Positions 26,355-38,935 of a DNA stretch of 64,000 nucleotides are shown in pieces (the stretch's first letter is position 1; each line of letters opens with the position of its first letter). The position numbers were made by a program, and so were the translations under genes. The notes beneath the pieces are model-generated. The model was given only the letters and a program-made list of their open reading frames with translations, made no database searches and was not told where the DNA came from. This DNA comes from Eledone cirrhosa (taxonomy: Eukaryota): positions 1 through 64,000 of the forward strand of contig CAXHJY010001034.1 in assembly GCA_964016885.1 (NCBI GenBank), given 5' to 3'.

Positions 26355-27465
26355 AAATAAAGGTCTCAAACCAGCGTTCTAAATATCTTGCCAAGCCATG
26401 CTGGCAGGAAATAGTATAGAGTATCTGTTCTATCTCTAATGTCAAAGAGTTAAAATTAGGTGGATAAAGAGTAGTCTCCCTTTAAAAGGGGTTTGTTTAG
26501 GTTTTTTTAAAAAATATACATGCCTGTTTAAGTGTGTGGGAGAATGCATGAAGGTGTAAGTATGTGAGTGTGTGTGTGAGAAGATAAGTCTATTCGTAAA
26601 TGTGGGGGATAGGTGTTATCTGGTGTTAGAACTGGTTTTGTGTGTGTATGTGTGAGAGAGAATAAGTGGAGGTGTAAGCGTGTGTGTGTGTGCGTGCGTC
26701 TGTGTGTATGGGGTGTGTAAATATGGGGCTAGAAGCCCTATCAGGTTATAAATTGGGTGTTGAGTTCTAGTCTATTATTGATAGGTGGTTGTGTTTTATT
26801 TATAATTAGTGCTTCCTTAATTCTAAGATTGCTGAGGTTTCTTTCCTTAGTTTCTATCCTAACTGTTATGGTTTTGTCGGTGTTTTTGCATTTAACTAGG
26901 TGTTTCTTAAATGAGGAAGCGTTAGTATTGAGGTGTTCTTTTATTCTTATGTGGAGTGGTCTGGTGGTGCTACCTACGTAGAAGTTGTTGCATTTGTCAC
27001 ACTCTAGTCTGTATACAACGTAAGCCTGGTGGCATAGGTCTGTGTCGTTGATGGGGCAGTTGGCTAGTCTGCAGCAGTTGTCATGTCTGGTGGAGTGTCT
27101 TTTGGCTAGCTGTCCGCGCAGAGAAGGACCTGAGTGGGCCAGTTGGATATTTAGTCCTTCTCGTCTGATGGCTCTGCGGATGGCTGTTGTTGTTTCTTCA
27201 CTGAAGTGTGGGAGCTTCAGGAAGCAAGTGTTAGTGCCTCGGGTGTGGTGTCCTCTGTTCTTTCTGGCACGGTTTGTGGTGGATGTCGTGTATCCGTTCA
27301 GTTTGAGTACTTCCAGGAAATGGGTGGTGTGTGTGTCTCGGTCTCTAGCGTCGGTGCATTTGTTCCGGATACGTGCCAGTTCGTTCCTTATGTATCCGAA
27401 CTTGGCACCGAGTGGGAGAGCCGATCTGGCAAGATATTTAGAACGCTGGTTTGAGACCTTTATTT

Positions 27466-27502
27466 CCCTCTGAAGAAGAGATATTATCTCGAAAATTAAG
27501 GA
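27466..27502 (+). ncRNA. Minimal hammerhead motif (inverted copy)
   Basis: Same motif on +; stem III reduced to the palindrome AATT. Confidence 0.6.
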
Positions 27503-27701
27503 CGTTTAAAATAAATGTAAGGTAAAAGACGAATTGTCAACAATATCTTTTGCCATTGCATTCTTTTTTCTATGTCCATACCTGCATTGTTTTGGCTTTA
27601 TTATACATATTCAAACGTTTATACCTCATTACACAATGCTTCAAGTGAACTATAACCTCCTCCATATATATATATGTACAAACACACATTATATATATAT
27701 A

Positions 27702-27743
<42 letters not shown>

Positions 27744-27793
27744 CGCACACACAACCTTTATCAAGCCATCTCTGGATTTTGGTGTCTAGTATT

Positions 27794-27840
<47 letters not shown>

Positions 27841-27861
27841 TATATATATATATATATATAT

Positions 27862-28585
27862 AACTACTTTTCCCATCTTGACGTTATAGTCGCATATATG
27901 TTATAGAATGCCGTTAGCTTCTTGCTAAAACAATCTCTATACCTCTCATTTATATTTATACTCGGATTCTTTTCCTAGAGTGCTTAAACTATCTGTGACT
28001 AATCCCGGTTTTTTTCATAAAAACTGTGATAATTATTGCTATTTTGCTGAACTCCTTTGTAGAGTTTTTTTCAGAATGTATTTGACTGCTATTTCTTGTA
28101 AATAAACATTCACTTCCATCCTGACGTCACTAGCCCCGTTTTTTCCTCATGTGCTTTTCCATAAATACACATGAAGGCGAACTAGCCAGTTTTAGAATTC
28201 CCTTTTTCGGATTATATTACTGTGAGAGCCCTGGTTTTCTGTTGAGGTCTACTGATGAATGAAATTCCAACCGTGACCATCTCCACTGAAAGTTTTCATG
28301 AAATAGTCTTTTAAGACTATACAGAGCATTTGATGTTATTCCAAATTGAAGGATAAGTGTTTCAAACTTTATTTTATCATGAGTTAAAGGTCTATAGATT
28401 TTTCCCTGGATTTTACTAAATTCTGTGGATGAATTTATATCCTGATTCTCTTTTGAGATGAGTTTGAGTTATTTTTCCTAAATCTTTCGTTAACTACTTT
28501 TCCCATCTTGACGTTATAGTCGCATATATGTTATAGAATGCCGTTAGCTTCTTGCTAAAACAATCTCTATACCTCTCATTTATAT
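27862..28585. repeat. ~95 bp direct repeats (27862-27955, 28492-28585) flanking ~540 bp of unassigned sequence
   Basis: Identical TAACTACTTTTCCCATCTTGACG...CTCTCATTTATAT at both ends. Confidence 0.8.
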
Positions 28586-28619
28586 ATATATATGCACACA
28601 CACACATCAACAAAAAGTG

Positions 28620-28735
28620 TGGATAGGATCGATAAAATAAGTATCGGACTTGAAAATAATAAGTACTGGGGTTGATATGATCAACTAAATCAAGGGAGTG
28701 CCCCAGCATGGCCACAGTCTGGAGATTGAAACCAT
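28620..28735 (+). mobile_element. Octopus-type SINE 3' fragment
   Basis: GATCGATAAAATAAGTA..., AAATAATAAGTACTGGGGTTGAT, AGTGCCCCAGCATGGCCACAGTC motifs. Confidence 0.55.
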
Positions 28736-28796
28736 CAAAATAATATTTGTTCAAGTTCTTCATATATCTGAGCATGCAAAATAATTGACACATCAT

Positions 28797-31700
28797 CAGT
28801 GTTGTATTCTGGAGTCACTGGATGTTTCAGGTCTTACAGCATAGTCACCCTCAACCAGGTGACCCAACTACAGAACATTATCAGTGTTGTATCCTGGAGT
28901 CACTGGGTGTTTCAGGTCTTACAGCATAGTCACCCTCAACCAGGTGACCCAACTACAGAACATTATCAGTGTTGTATTCTGAAGTCTCTGAGTGTTTCAG
29001 GTCTTACAGCATAGTCACCCTCAACCAGGTGACCCAACTACAGAACATTATCAGTGTTGTATTCTGAAGTCTCTGAGTGTTTCAGGTCTTACAGCATAGT
29101 CACCCTCAACCAGGTGACCCAACTACAGAACATTATCAGTGTTGTATTCTGAAGTCTCTGGGTGTTTCAGGTCTTACAGCATAGTCACCCTCAACCAGGT
29201 GACCCAACTACAGAACATTATCAGTGTTGTATTCTGAAGTCTCTGAGTGTTTCAGGTCTTACAGCATAGTCACCCTCAACCAGGTGACCCAACTACAGAA
29301 CATTATCAGTGTTGTATTCTGAAGTCTCTGGATGTTTCAGGTCTTACAGCATAGTCACCCTCAACCAGGTGACCCAACTACAGAACATTATCAGTGTTGT
29401 ATTCTGAAGTCACTGGGTGTTTCAGGTCTTACAGCATAGTCACCCTCAACCAGGTGACCCAACTACAGAACATTATCAGTGTTGTATTCTGAAGTCTCTG
29501 AGTGTTTCAGGTCTTACAGCATAGTCACCCTCAACCAGGTGACCCAACTACAGAACATTATCAGTGTTGTATTCTGAAGTCTCTGAGTGTTTCAGGTCTT
29601 ACAGCATAGTCACCCTCAACCAGGTGACCCAACTACAGAACATTATCAGTGTTGTATTCTGAAGTCTTTGGGTGTTTCAGGTCTTACAGCATAGTCACCC
29701 TCAACCAGGTGACCCAACTACAGAACATTATCAGTGTTGTATCCTGAAGTCTCTGGGTGTTTCAGGTCTTACACCATAGTCACCCTCAACCAGGTGACCC
29801 AACTACAGAACATTATCAGTGTTGTATTCTGAAGTCTCTGGGTGTTTCAGGTCTTACAGCATAGTCACCCTCAACCAGGTGACCCAACTACAAAACATTA
29901 TCAGTGTTGTATTCTGAAGTCTTTGGGTGTTTCAGGTCTTACAGCATAGTCACCCTCAACCAGGTGACCCAACTACAGAACATTATCAGTGTTGTATTCT
30001 GAAGTCTCTGAGTGTTTCAGGTCTTACAGCATAGTCACCCTCAACCAGGTGACCCAACTACAGAACATTATCAGTGTTGTATCCTGAAGTCTCTGGGTGT
30101 TTCAGGTCTTACAGCATAGTCACCCTCAACCAGGTGACCCAACTACAGGACATTATCAGTGTTGTATCCTGAAGTCTTTGGGTGTTTCAGGTCTTACAGC
30201 ATAGTCACCCTCAACCAGGTGACCCAACTACAGAACATTATCAGTGTTGTATCCTGAAGTCTTTGGGTGTTTCAGGTCTTACAGCATAGTCACCCTCAAC
30301 CAGGTGACCCAACTACAGGACATAATCAGTGTTGTATCCTGAAGTCTCTGGATGTTTCAGGTCTTACAGCATAGTCACCCTCAACCAGGTGACCCAACTA
30401 CAGAACATTATCAGTGTTGTATTCTGAAGTCTCTGGGTGTTTCAGGCCTTACAGCATAGTCACCCTCAACCAGGTGACCCAACTACAGGACATAATCAGT
30501 GTTGTATCCTGAAGTCTCTGGATGTTTCAGGTCTTACAGCATAGTCACCCTCAACCAGGTGACCCAACTACAGAACATTATCAGTGTTGTATCCTGAAGT
30601 CTTTGGGTGTTTCAGGTCTTACAACATAGTCACCCTCAACCAGGTGACCCAACTACAGAACATAATCAGCGTTGTATCCTGAAGTCACTGGGTGTTTCAG
30701 GTCTTACAGCATAGTCACCCTCAACCAGGTGACCCAACTACAGGACATAATCAGTGTTGTATCCTGAAGTCTTTGGGTGTTTCAGGTCTTACAACATAGT
30801 CACCCTCAACCAGGTGACCCAACTACAGGACATAATCAGTGTTGTATCCTGAAGTCTTTGGGTGTTTCAGGTCTTACAGCATAGTCACCCTCAACCAGGT
30901 GACCCAACTACAGAACATTATCAGTGTTGTATTCTGAAGTCTTTGGGTGTTTCAGGTCTTACAGCATAGTCACCCTCAACCAGGTGACCCAACTACAGAA
31001 CATTATCAGTGTTGTATCCTGAAGTCACTGGGTGTTTCAGGTCTTACAGCATAGTCACCCTCAGCCAGGTGACCCAACTACAGAACATTATCAGTGTTGT
31101 ATTCTGGAGTCACTGGGTGTTTCAGGTCTTACAGCATAGTCACCCTCAACCAGGTGACCCAACTACAGAACATTATCAGTGTTGTATTCTGAAGTCACTG
31201 GGTGTTTCAGGTCTTACAACATAGTCACCCTCAACCAGGTGACCCAACTACAGAACATTATCAGTGTTGTATTCTGAAGTCTCTGGGTGTTTCAGGTCTT
31301 ACAGCATAGTCACCCTCAACCAGGTGACCCAACTACAGAACATTATCAGTGTTGTATCCTGAAGTCTCTGAGTGTTTCAGGTCTTACAGCATAGTCACCC
31401 TCAACCAGGTGACCCAACTACAGAACATTATCAGTGTTGTATTCTGGAGTCACTGGATGTTTCAGGTCTTACAGCATAGTCACCCTCAACCAGGTGACCC
31501 AACTACAGAACATAATCAGTGTTGTATCCTGAAGTCTCTGAGTGTTTCAGGTCTTACAGCATAGTCACCCTCAACCAGGTGACCCAACTACAGAACATTA
31601 TCAGTGTTGTATTCTGGAGTCACTGGATGTTTCAGGTCTTACAACATAGTCACCCTCAACCAGGTGACCCAACTACAGGACATAATCAGTGTTGTATCTC

Positions 31701-32250
31701 AAGTCTTTGGGTGTTTCAGGTCTTACAACATAGTCACCCTCAACCAGGTGACCCAACTACAGAACATTATCAGTGTTGTATTCTGAAGTCTTTGTGTGTT
31801 TCAGGTCTTACAGCATAGTCACCCTCAACCAGGTGACCCAACTACAGAACATTATCAGTGTTGTATTCTGGAGTCTCTGGGTGTTTCAGGTCTTACAACA
31901 TAGTCACCCTCAACCAGGTGACCCAACTACAGGACATAATCAGTGTTGTATCCTGGAGTCTCTGGGTGTTTCAGGTTTTACAACATAGTCACCCTCAACC
32001 AGGTGACCCAACTACAGGACATAATCAGTGTTGTATCCTGAAGTCTTTGTGTGTTTCAGGTCTTACAACATAGTCACCCTCAACCAGGTGACCCAACTAC
32101 AGGACATAATCAGTGTTGTATCCTGAAGTCTTTGGGTGTTTCAGGTCTTACAACATAGTCACCCTCAACCAGGTGACCCAACTACAGGAAATAATCAGTG
32201 CTGTATCCTGAAGTCTTTGGGTGTTTCAGGTCTTAAAACATAGTCACCCC
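28797..32250. repeat. 85-bp tandem satellite, ~40 copies
   Basis: Unit TCAGTGTTGTATTCTGAAGTCTCTGAGTGTTTCAGGTCTTACAGCATAGTCACCCTCAACCAGGTGACCCAACTACAGAACATTA with a few variable sites. Confidence 0.97.
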
Positions 32251-32494
32251 TGATCTAGGTTACCCAACAGAGATTGATAAAACTTCTGCCCGTGCCCATG
32301 TCGCAACCGATTCGCCGCATCATGTCTGAGATATCTAGTTGCCCTATTTCCTGGTCGAGGCATCGTTGCCAAATCCCTGTGCTAATGGCAAGAGTTCCGT
32401 AAGTCTTACTAAGGGAACCACCTGCCAACTCACCACACCACACCTCCACTGGTATATACCTGCCGTATAGACACACTTAAAACTATTAACTGTT

Positions 32495-32655
32495 TCTACT
32501 TTTGGCACATTACTGGTACTTTATTTTATTGACCTCATAAGGATGAAAGGCAAAGTTAACCTCGGCGGGATTTGAACTGAGACCGTAAAGGGACGTAACT
32601 ATGCTGGAAAGCATGGCGTCCGACTCTCTACCGATACTGCCAATCCACCGCCCCT
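32495..32655 (-). mobile_element. tRNA-derived SINE (octopus family)
   Basis: Reverse complement of the 33200 and 38755 copies; B box GTTCAAATCC. Confidence 0.8.
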
Positions 32656-32750
32656 TAAAACTATTAAGTGTCAACAGTGGGTTATATAGTATCAGTGTTT
32701 AGTCATCTTAATGAATTAGTCGTAAAATCTCTCGCAGATACTGCACGCAT

Positions 32751-33130
<380 letters not shown>

Positions 33131-33197
33131 TGATGGCTGGAAACTCTGCTAAGAGTACTGCAATCTCTTGTCAGATTATAGTATTTGGCTACGGCTA

Positions 33198-33385
33198 AGG
33201 GCGTTGGATTGACAGTATCGGTAGAGGGTCGGACGCCATGCTTTCAAGCATAGTTACGTCCCTTTACGATCTGAGTTCAAATCCCGCCGAGGTTGACTTT
33301 GCCTTTCATCCTTACGGGGTCGATAAAATAAAGTACCAGTAATGCACTGGCTAATTGCTGGCCTTGTGCCTAAAGTAGAAACGAG
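33198..33385 (+). mobile_element. tRNA-derived SINE (octopus family)
   Basis: A-box-like TGACAGTATCGG, B box GAGTTCAAATCC, then TTTGCCTTTCATCC..GGGGTCGATAAAATAAAGTACCAG. Confidence 0.82.
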
Positions 33386-33619
33386 TATTTGGCTACGGCC
33401 AGTCACACAAACCTACAACAGATCCCGAACAAGGAATGCCTCTGCTTTGAAGGTTTTTTTAAGTGGAGAAAGGCCTTGCACTCGACCAATCCCACTCTCT
33501 GAGTATCGAAAACACTACCCCAAAAGGAGAACTGGTCAACATCATTGGATGCTTCCGAAGCCACAGGTTTTTTCTCAGAGTATATACATACATATACTCA
33601 TGCATACACACATACATAC

Positions 33620-35800
33620 ATGGTGGCTGCCAACTCATTTTCGAGTACGGCCACTACTTTATATCCATGTAGGAGAACCCCTACCGAAGCGCTCAACGAC
33701 TGTGACTTTTTAGTCCAGCCAGCGACTTGAAAACTCTGGTACAAGCACTACACTTGTGCCGTGAAGCTTTTATAGTGAGCAAAGGCACTGCACAAAGCCA
33801 GTCCAACCCAGTACAACCCAGTACATACATACATACATACATACATACATACATACATACATACATACATACATACATACATGGTGGCTGCCAACTTGTT
33901 TTCGAGTACGGCCACTACTTTATATCCATGTAGGAGAACCCCTACTGATGGGCTGAACGAGTGTGACTTTTTAGTCCAGCCAGCGACTTGAAAACTCTGG
34001 TACAAACACTACACTTGTGACAATTATTGACACATAGTATTGGGCCCATGGCACCATGTGACGACAAGTGCAGAGAGATCTCCAGATATAAAGCAATGCC
34101 TGTGCCGTGAAGCTTTTATAGTGAGCAAAGGCACTGCACAAAGCCAGTCCCACTCTCTTAACCAAGATGATATTTACGAAAAAGAAGAACATGTCAACAT
34201 CATTGGATACCATCAGGGTTGCAGGTGTTATATCAGAGTTTTCCTTCTCCTAGAATTCTGCCTTGACAAAGGCTAAGGGGTCATCTCTCCCGGTGATTTT
34301 GGATGGCCATTGACTCTTAAGAGCTCCTTTGCTCTTTGACAGGTTTTGTTTTTAGTTCTGCAGGATGTCCAAAGTCATCCTCCTCACCAAGAAACCTTGG
34401 TGGGGTTGCCAGTTTAGTCGCCAACGACCCGACCATGAGACAGGTTGTACTGGGATACATGTTACCAGTAGCACCAACTGGTGACCTGACATACATACAT
34501 ACATACATACATACATACATACATACATACATGGTGGCTGCCAACTCGTTTTCGAGTACGGCCACTACTTTATATCCATGTAGGAGAACCCCTACCAATG
34601 CGCTAAACGAGTGTGACTTTTTAGTCTAGCCAGCGACTTGAAAACTCTGGTACAAACACTACACTTGTGACAATTATTGACACATAGTGATGGGCCCATG
34701 GTACCATGTGACGACAAGTGCAGAGAGATCTCTAGATATAAAGCAATGCCTGTGCCGTGAAGCTTTTATAGTGAGCAAAGGCACTGCACAAAACCAGTCC
34801 CACTCTCTTAACCAAGATGATATTTACGAAAAAGAAGAACATGTCAACATCATTGGATACCATCAGGGTTGCAGGTGTTATATCAGAGTTTTCCTTCTCC
34901 TAGAATTCTGCCTTGACAAAGGCTAAGGGGTCATCTCTCCCGGTGATTTTGGATGGCCATTGACTCTTAAGAGCTCCTTTGCTCTTTGACAGGTTTTGTT
35001 TTTAGTTCTGCAGGATGTCCAAAGTCATCCTCCTCACCAAGAAACCTTGGTGGGGTTGCCAGTTTAGTCGCCAACGACCCGACCATGAGACAGGTTGTAC
35101 TGGGATACATGTTACCAGTAGCACCAACTGGTGACCTGACATACATACATACATACATACATGGTGGCTGCCAACTCGTTTTCGAGTACGGCCACTACTT
35201 TATATCCATGTAGGAGAACCCCTACCAATGCGCTAAACGAGTGTGACTTTTTAGTCTAGCCAGCGACTTGAAAACTCTGGTACAAACACTACACTTGTGA
35301 CAATTATTGACACATAGTGATGGGCCCATGGTACCATGTGACGACAAGTGCAGAGAGATCTCCCGATACAAAGCAATGCCTGTGCCGTGAAGCTTTTATA
35401 GTGAGCAAAGGCACTGCACTAAGCCAGTCCCACTCTCTTAACCAAGATGATATTTACCAAAAAGAAGAACAAGTCAACATCATTGGATACCATCAGGGTT
35501 GCAGGTGTTATATCAGAGTTTTCCTTCTCCTAGAATTCTGCCTTGACAAAGGCTAAGGGGTCATCTCTCCCGGTGATTTTGGATGGCCATTGACTCTTAA
35601 GAGCTCCTTTGCCCTTTGACAGGTTTTGTTTTTAGTCCTGCAGGATGTCCAAAGTCACCCTCCTCACCAAGAAACCTTGGTGGGGTTGCCAGTTTAGTCG
35701 CCAACGACCCGACCATGAGACAGGTTGTACTGGGATACATGTTACCAGTAGCACCAACTGGTGACCTGACATATATACATACATACATACATACATACAT
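33620..35800 (-). mobile_element. Tandem array of ~610-bp non-autonomous RTE-derived elements separated by (ATAC)n
   Basis: Three near-identical units (33881, 34531, 35161) plus an internally deleted one (33620). Minus strand has RTE 5'UTR-like GGCGACTAAACTGGCAACCCC and CTAGGAGAAGGAAAACTCTGA, a zinc-finger remnant [12 protein letters not shown] and a (GTAT)n tail. Confidence 0.75.
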
Positions 35801-35804
35801 AAAC

Positions 35805-36560
35805 ATCGTTTTACCTCAGCTTTTCCACGTTAGCAAGGTTTGGACGAGATTTTTCCAATACAGCATCCCTTCACTCATTGACGTCCTTCGCCATCTCCTC
35901 TTTGAACTTCAGTCGTTTAAGATCATTTCCCTCTTCCACTACCCGGGTCTTCCTTCAACTCCCTCTACTATAGCTCCCTTCCACTGGGATTTATTGGTAC
36001 TTCTTCAACCAACGATTATCTCTATACCTCACATGTCCCCACCAGCGCAGTCTTCACTCCTGCACAGGTATACGAGCTTTTCTCTCTGCTCATCCATGCT
36101 TTGTCGTTCAAGCATGTTAAGATTGCACATCCAGCGAAGCATGCTTACTACATTTCTCTCCAGCCACCATATATCCTCTGTCTTCACTACCCATGTTTCA
36201 TTGCCATGCAACGCACGCAGGCCACATACAGCCAGCCTTTTGTTCATAGTGAGAAACCTTTTGTTGTCAACAGAGTTAGTAGCTCCCTGGACATTTTTTC
36301 CATTGTTCTTATTCTACCTACTATGCTCTCAAAGCAACCCCCTTTACTGCTAATTAGAGCACCTAGGTAATAGTAGCTATCAACTACATCTATGGATCCT
36401 TAACGGGATTGGAAAATGTTTATTTCACTGATGCTTTTATCATTGTACATCTACTATCCTTGTAGATCTGTCACATACAAAGTGTATCTCTTCTTTTAGT
36501 CTGCCTGCTATCCCACTACACATCTTGTGTACACAAGATTTACATTGTGTGTGTTATCTA
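35805..36560 (-). mobile_element. Degraded 3' fragment of the PHD-containing RTE-like LINE
   Basis: LHGNETW...LERN..SMLRWMCN, homologous to 22154-22618. Confidence 0.75.
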
Positions 36561-36757
36561 TGTAGCTATGTCAGCACAATGGTTAAACACCTAAATATTC
36601 TAAGGCAAAGGTGAAAGAATACAGTCTCTGTTGCACATTTTGTGGATGAAGGATGCGGTTTGGTTTTCTAAAGTAGAGCAGGTTTAGTGTTTCCCAGAAG
36701 AAAAAAAACACACTCATGCACGGAAAACGACGAGACTTACTTTGACTTAGAAGCTCC

Positions 36758-37458
36758 CATGTCTTGAGACACATGTAGCAGCCAAAGTGCTCCAATGACC
36801 ACGGTCAGTTGTATCTATCAATATATCCATGTCTTGAGACACATGTAGCAGCCAAAGTGCTCCAATGACCACGGTCAGTTGTATCTATCAATATATCCAT
36901 GTCTTGAGACACATGTAGCAGCCAAAGTGCTCCAATGACCACGGTCAGTTGTATCTATCAATATATCCATGTCTTGAGACACATGTAGCAGCCAAAGTGC
37001 TCCAATGACCACGGTCAGTTGTATCTATCAATATATCCATGTCTTGAGACACATGTAGCAGCCAAAGTGCTCCAATGACCACGGTCAGTTGTATCTATCA
37101 ATATATCCCATACCTTGAGACACATGTAGCAGCCAAAGTGCTCCAATGACCACGGTCAGTTGTATCTATCAATATATCCCATACCTTGAGACACATGAGG
37201 CAGCCAAAGTGATCCAATGCCCATGGTCAGTTACACCTATCAATATATCCCATGTCTTGAGACACATGAGGCAGCCAAAGTGCTCCAATGACCACAGTCA
37301 GTTACATCTATCAATATATCCTACATGTTCAGACACATGAGGCAGCCAAAGTGCTCCAATGACCACGGTCAGTTACACCTATCAATATATCCTACATGTT
37401 CAGACACATGGGGCAGCTAAAGTGCTCCAATGACCACCACAGTCAGTTACATCTATCA
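36758..37458. repeat. 70-bp tandem minisatellite, ~10 copies
   Basis: GCCAAAGTGC recurs at 36781, 36851, 36921, 36991, 37061; copies diverge toward the right. Confidence 0.95.
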
Positions 37459-37689
37459 GAAGATCAATCCAACTTTTGTTGACAGATTTCAGGTCCCTGT
37501 CGATTGCCTGCTGCCAGTTCATCTTGGGACGTCCTCTTCGCCTCTTTCCATTGGGTTGGAGTGCGTGTACCACTACAGGCCCTCATTAGCATGTATCTCA
37601 CTCTCATTTGGGAGCCATGTGACGTGTACGTGATTATTTGATATAGAGTGATTTCGTTGGAGTCAGTGTTTGTTCATATATTAGTTTCT

Positions 37690-37900
37690 GATTTAGACAC
37701 AAGGACAATAATTTTAGGAGGAGGGAAAGTCGATTAAATCGACCCCAGTGCATTACTGGTGTTTTATTTTATCGGCCCCGTAAGGATGAAAGATAAAGCT
37801 ATTCTCGGCAGGATTTGAACTCAGATGGTAAAGGGGCATAACTCAACGCCATAAAGCTTCTTGCTCAATGCTCCACCGATTACTGCCAGCCCACCACCCT
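37690..37900 (-). mobile_element. tRNA-derived SINE (diverged copy)
   Basis: GGATTTGAACTCAG and TAAGGATGAAAG motifs matching the other SINE copies. Confidence 0.7.
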
Positions 37901-38019
37901 TGTATTTGTTCATATATTGGGACTTATATTTGTAAGTATACATGTTTAGGTTCGTATTGGTATTTGTACTAGCATTTGTGTTTGTATATATGTTTGTATA
38001 TATATATATATATATATAT

Positions 38020-38214
38020 AACGAACGAAACGTGGTAAGGAACCAGGTGGACCATAACGCACCAAAGTACTCAATACTTAGGGTAGTAGAGTGGGTAATA
38101 GGAACGAGTAGGACCCTGACGGCTGAGCTCAAGCCGTTTCGATGGCTAATTCTGGACTGATTTAGCCGTCGAAACGGCTTGAGCTCAGCCGTCGGGATCC
38201 TACTAGTTCCTATA
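38020..38214 (-). mobile_element. Tiny fold-back element built from the 3' half of a hammerhead
   Basis: 38098-38213 palindrome containing GAAACGGC-TTGAGCTCA-GCCG-TC; tail motif GTATTGAGTAC is shared with 24834-24844. Confidence 0.6.
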
Positions 38215-38224
38215 TATATATATG

Positions 38225-38490
38225 TCAGCTCAAAAGTGACACAGGGGAGACTGTGGTTAGGTGGACATCCTCACCGACATCCAGAGTTGACACTGCACTC
38301 AGTGCTCCTGTGGGAGCCCCTGCATGGGCACACTGGGTAGGAAGACCAAGGTTAACGTATGTTGATGCCCTGAGGACAGACACTGGTCTGTTGGAGATGC
38401 AGGACATGGCAGCGATAATCAGGGACAGAGACCAATGGAGAGAACTCGTCCATGGATCTCGGGAATTTTACCCGCCATAGATAGATAGAT
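38225..38490 (+). mobile_element. RTE LINE 3' fragment (second copy of 20443-20710)
   Basis: GRPRLTYVDALRTDTGLLEMQDMAAI...HGSREFYPP, (TAGA)n tail. Confidence 0.85.
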
Positions 38491-38751
38491 ATATTTGTAT
38501 CTATATTTGTGTCTATGAGGATATTTCTGTTTGTTAACATTTCGGGCATGCCTCTATAGTTACATAAAAAAAGGGATTCGTTGTGGGGTTCTTCAGAACA
38601 CCGGCCCCCCCCCCTGTTGTACTCAACTTTCGTTTATTCCTTTATAGCAAAGTCTATTGTATACATGTGTGGTACCGTAACTCTTGATGGAGTCCTAGGG
38701 GCACTTTAGTAGCATAGGGCATTTTAAGCCAGACAGAGCCCACCCTTCTCC

Positions 38752-38935
38752 AGCGGTGGATTGGCAGTATCGGTAGAGGGTCGGACGCCATGCTTTCCAG
38801 CATAGTTACGTCCCTTTACGATCTGAGTTCAAATCCCGCCGAGGTTGACTTTGCCTTTCATCCTTACGGGGTCGATAAAATAAAGTACCAGTAATGCACT
38901 GGGTAATTGCTGGCCTTATGCCTAAAGTAGAAACA
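38752..38935 (+). mobile_element. tRNA-derived SINE (octopus family)
   Basis: TGGCAGTATCGG A box, GAGTTCAAATCC B box; near-identical to the 33198 copy. Confidence 0.85.

Larger units (their letters stand above)
26199..27665 (-). mobile_element. 5'-truncated Penelope-like element with inverted terminal duplication
   Basis: Minus-strand translation of ~26757-27040 gives CHQAYVVYRLECDKCNNFYVGSTTRPLHIRIKEH...LRIKEALII..TQPPIN (GIY-YIG endonuclease); 26199-26393 is inverted at 27427-27622. Confidence 0.88.

Noticed and set aside
28797-32250. CRISPR-like array
   Set aside because: No unique spacers, no cas genes, eukaryotic context; it is a tandem satellite
33198-33385. tRNA gene (also 32495-32655, 38752-38935)
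   Set aside because: A/B boxes are present but there is no clean cloverleaf, and a shared SINE body follows
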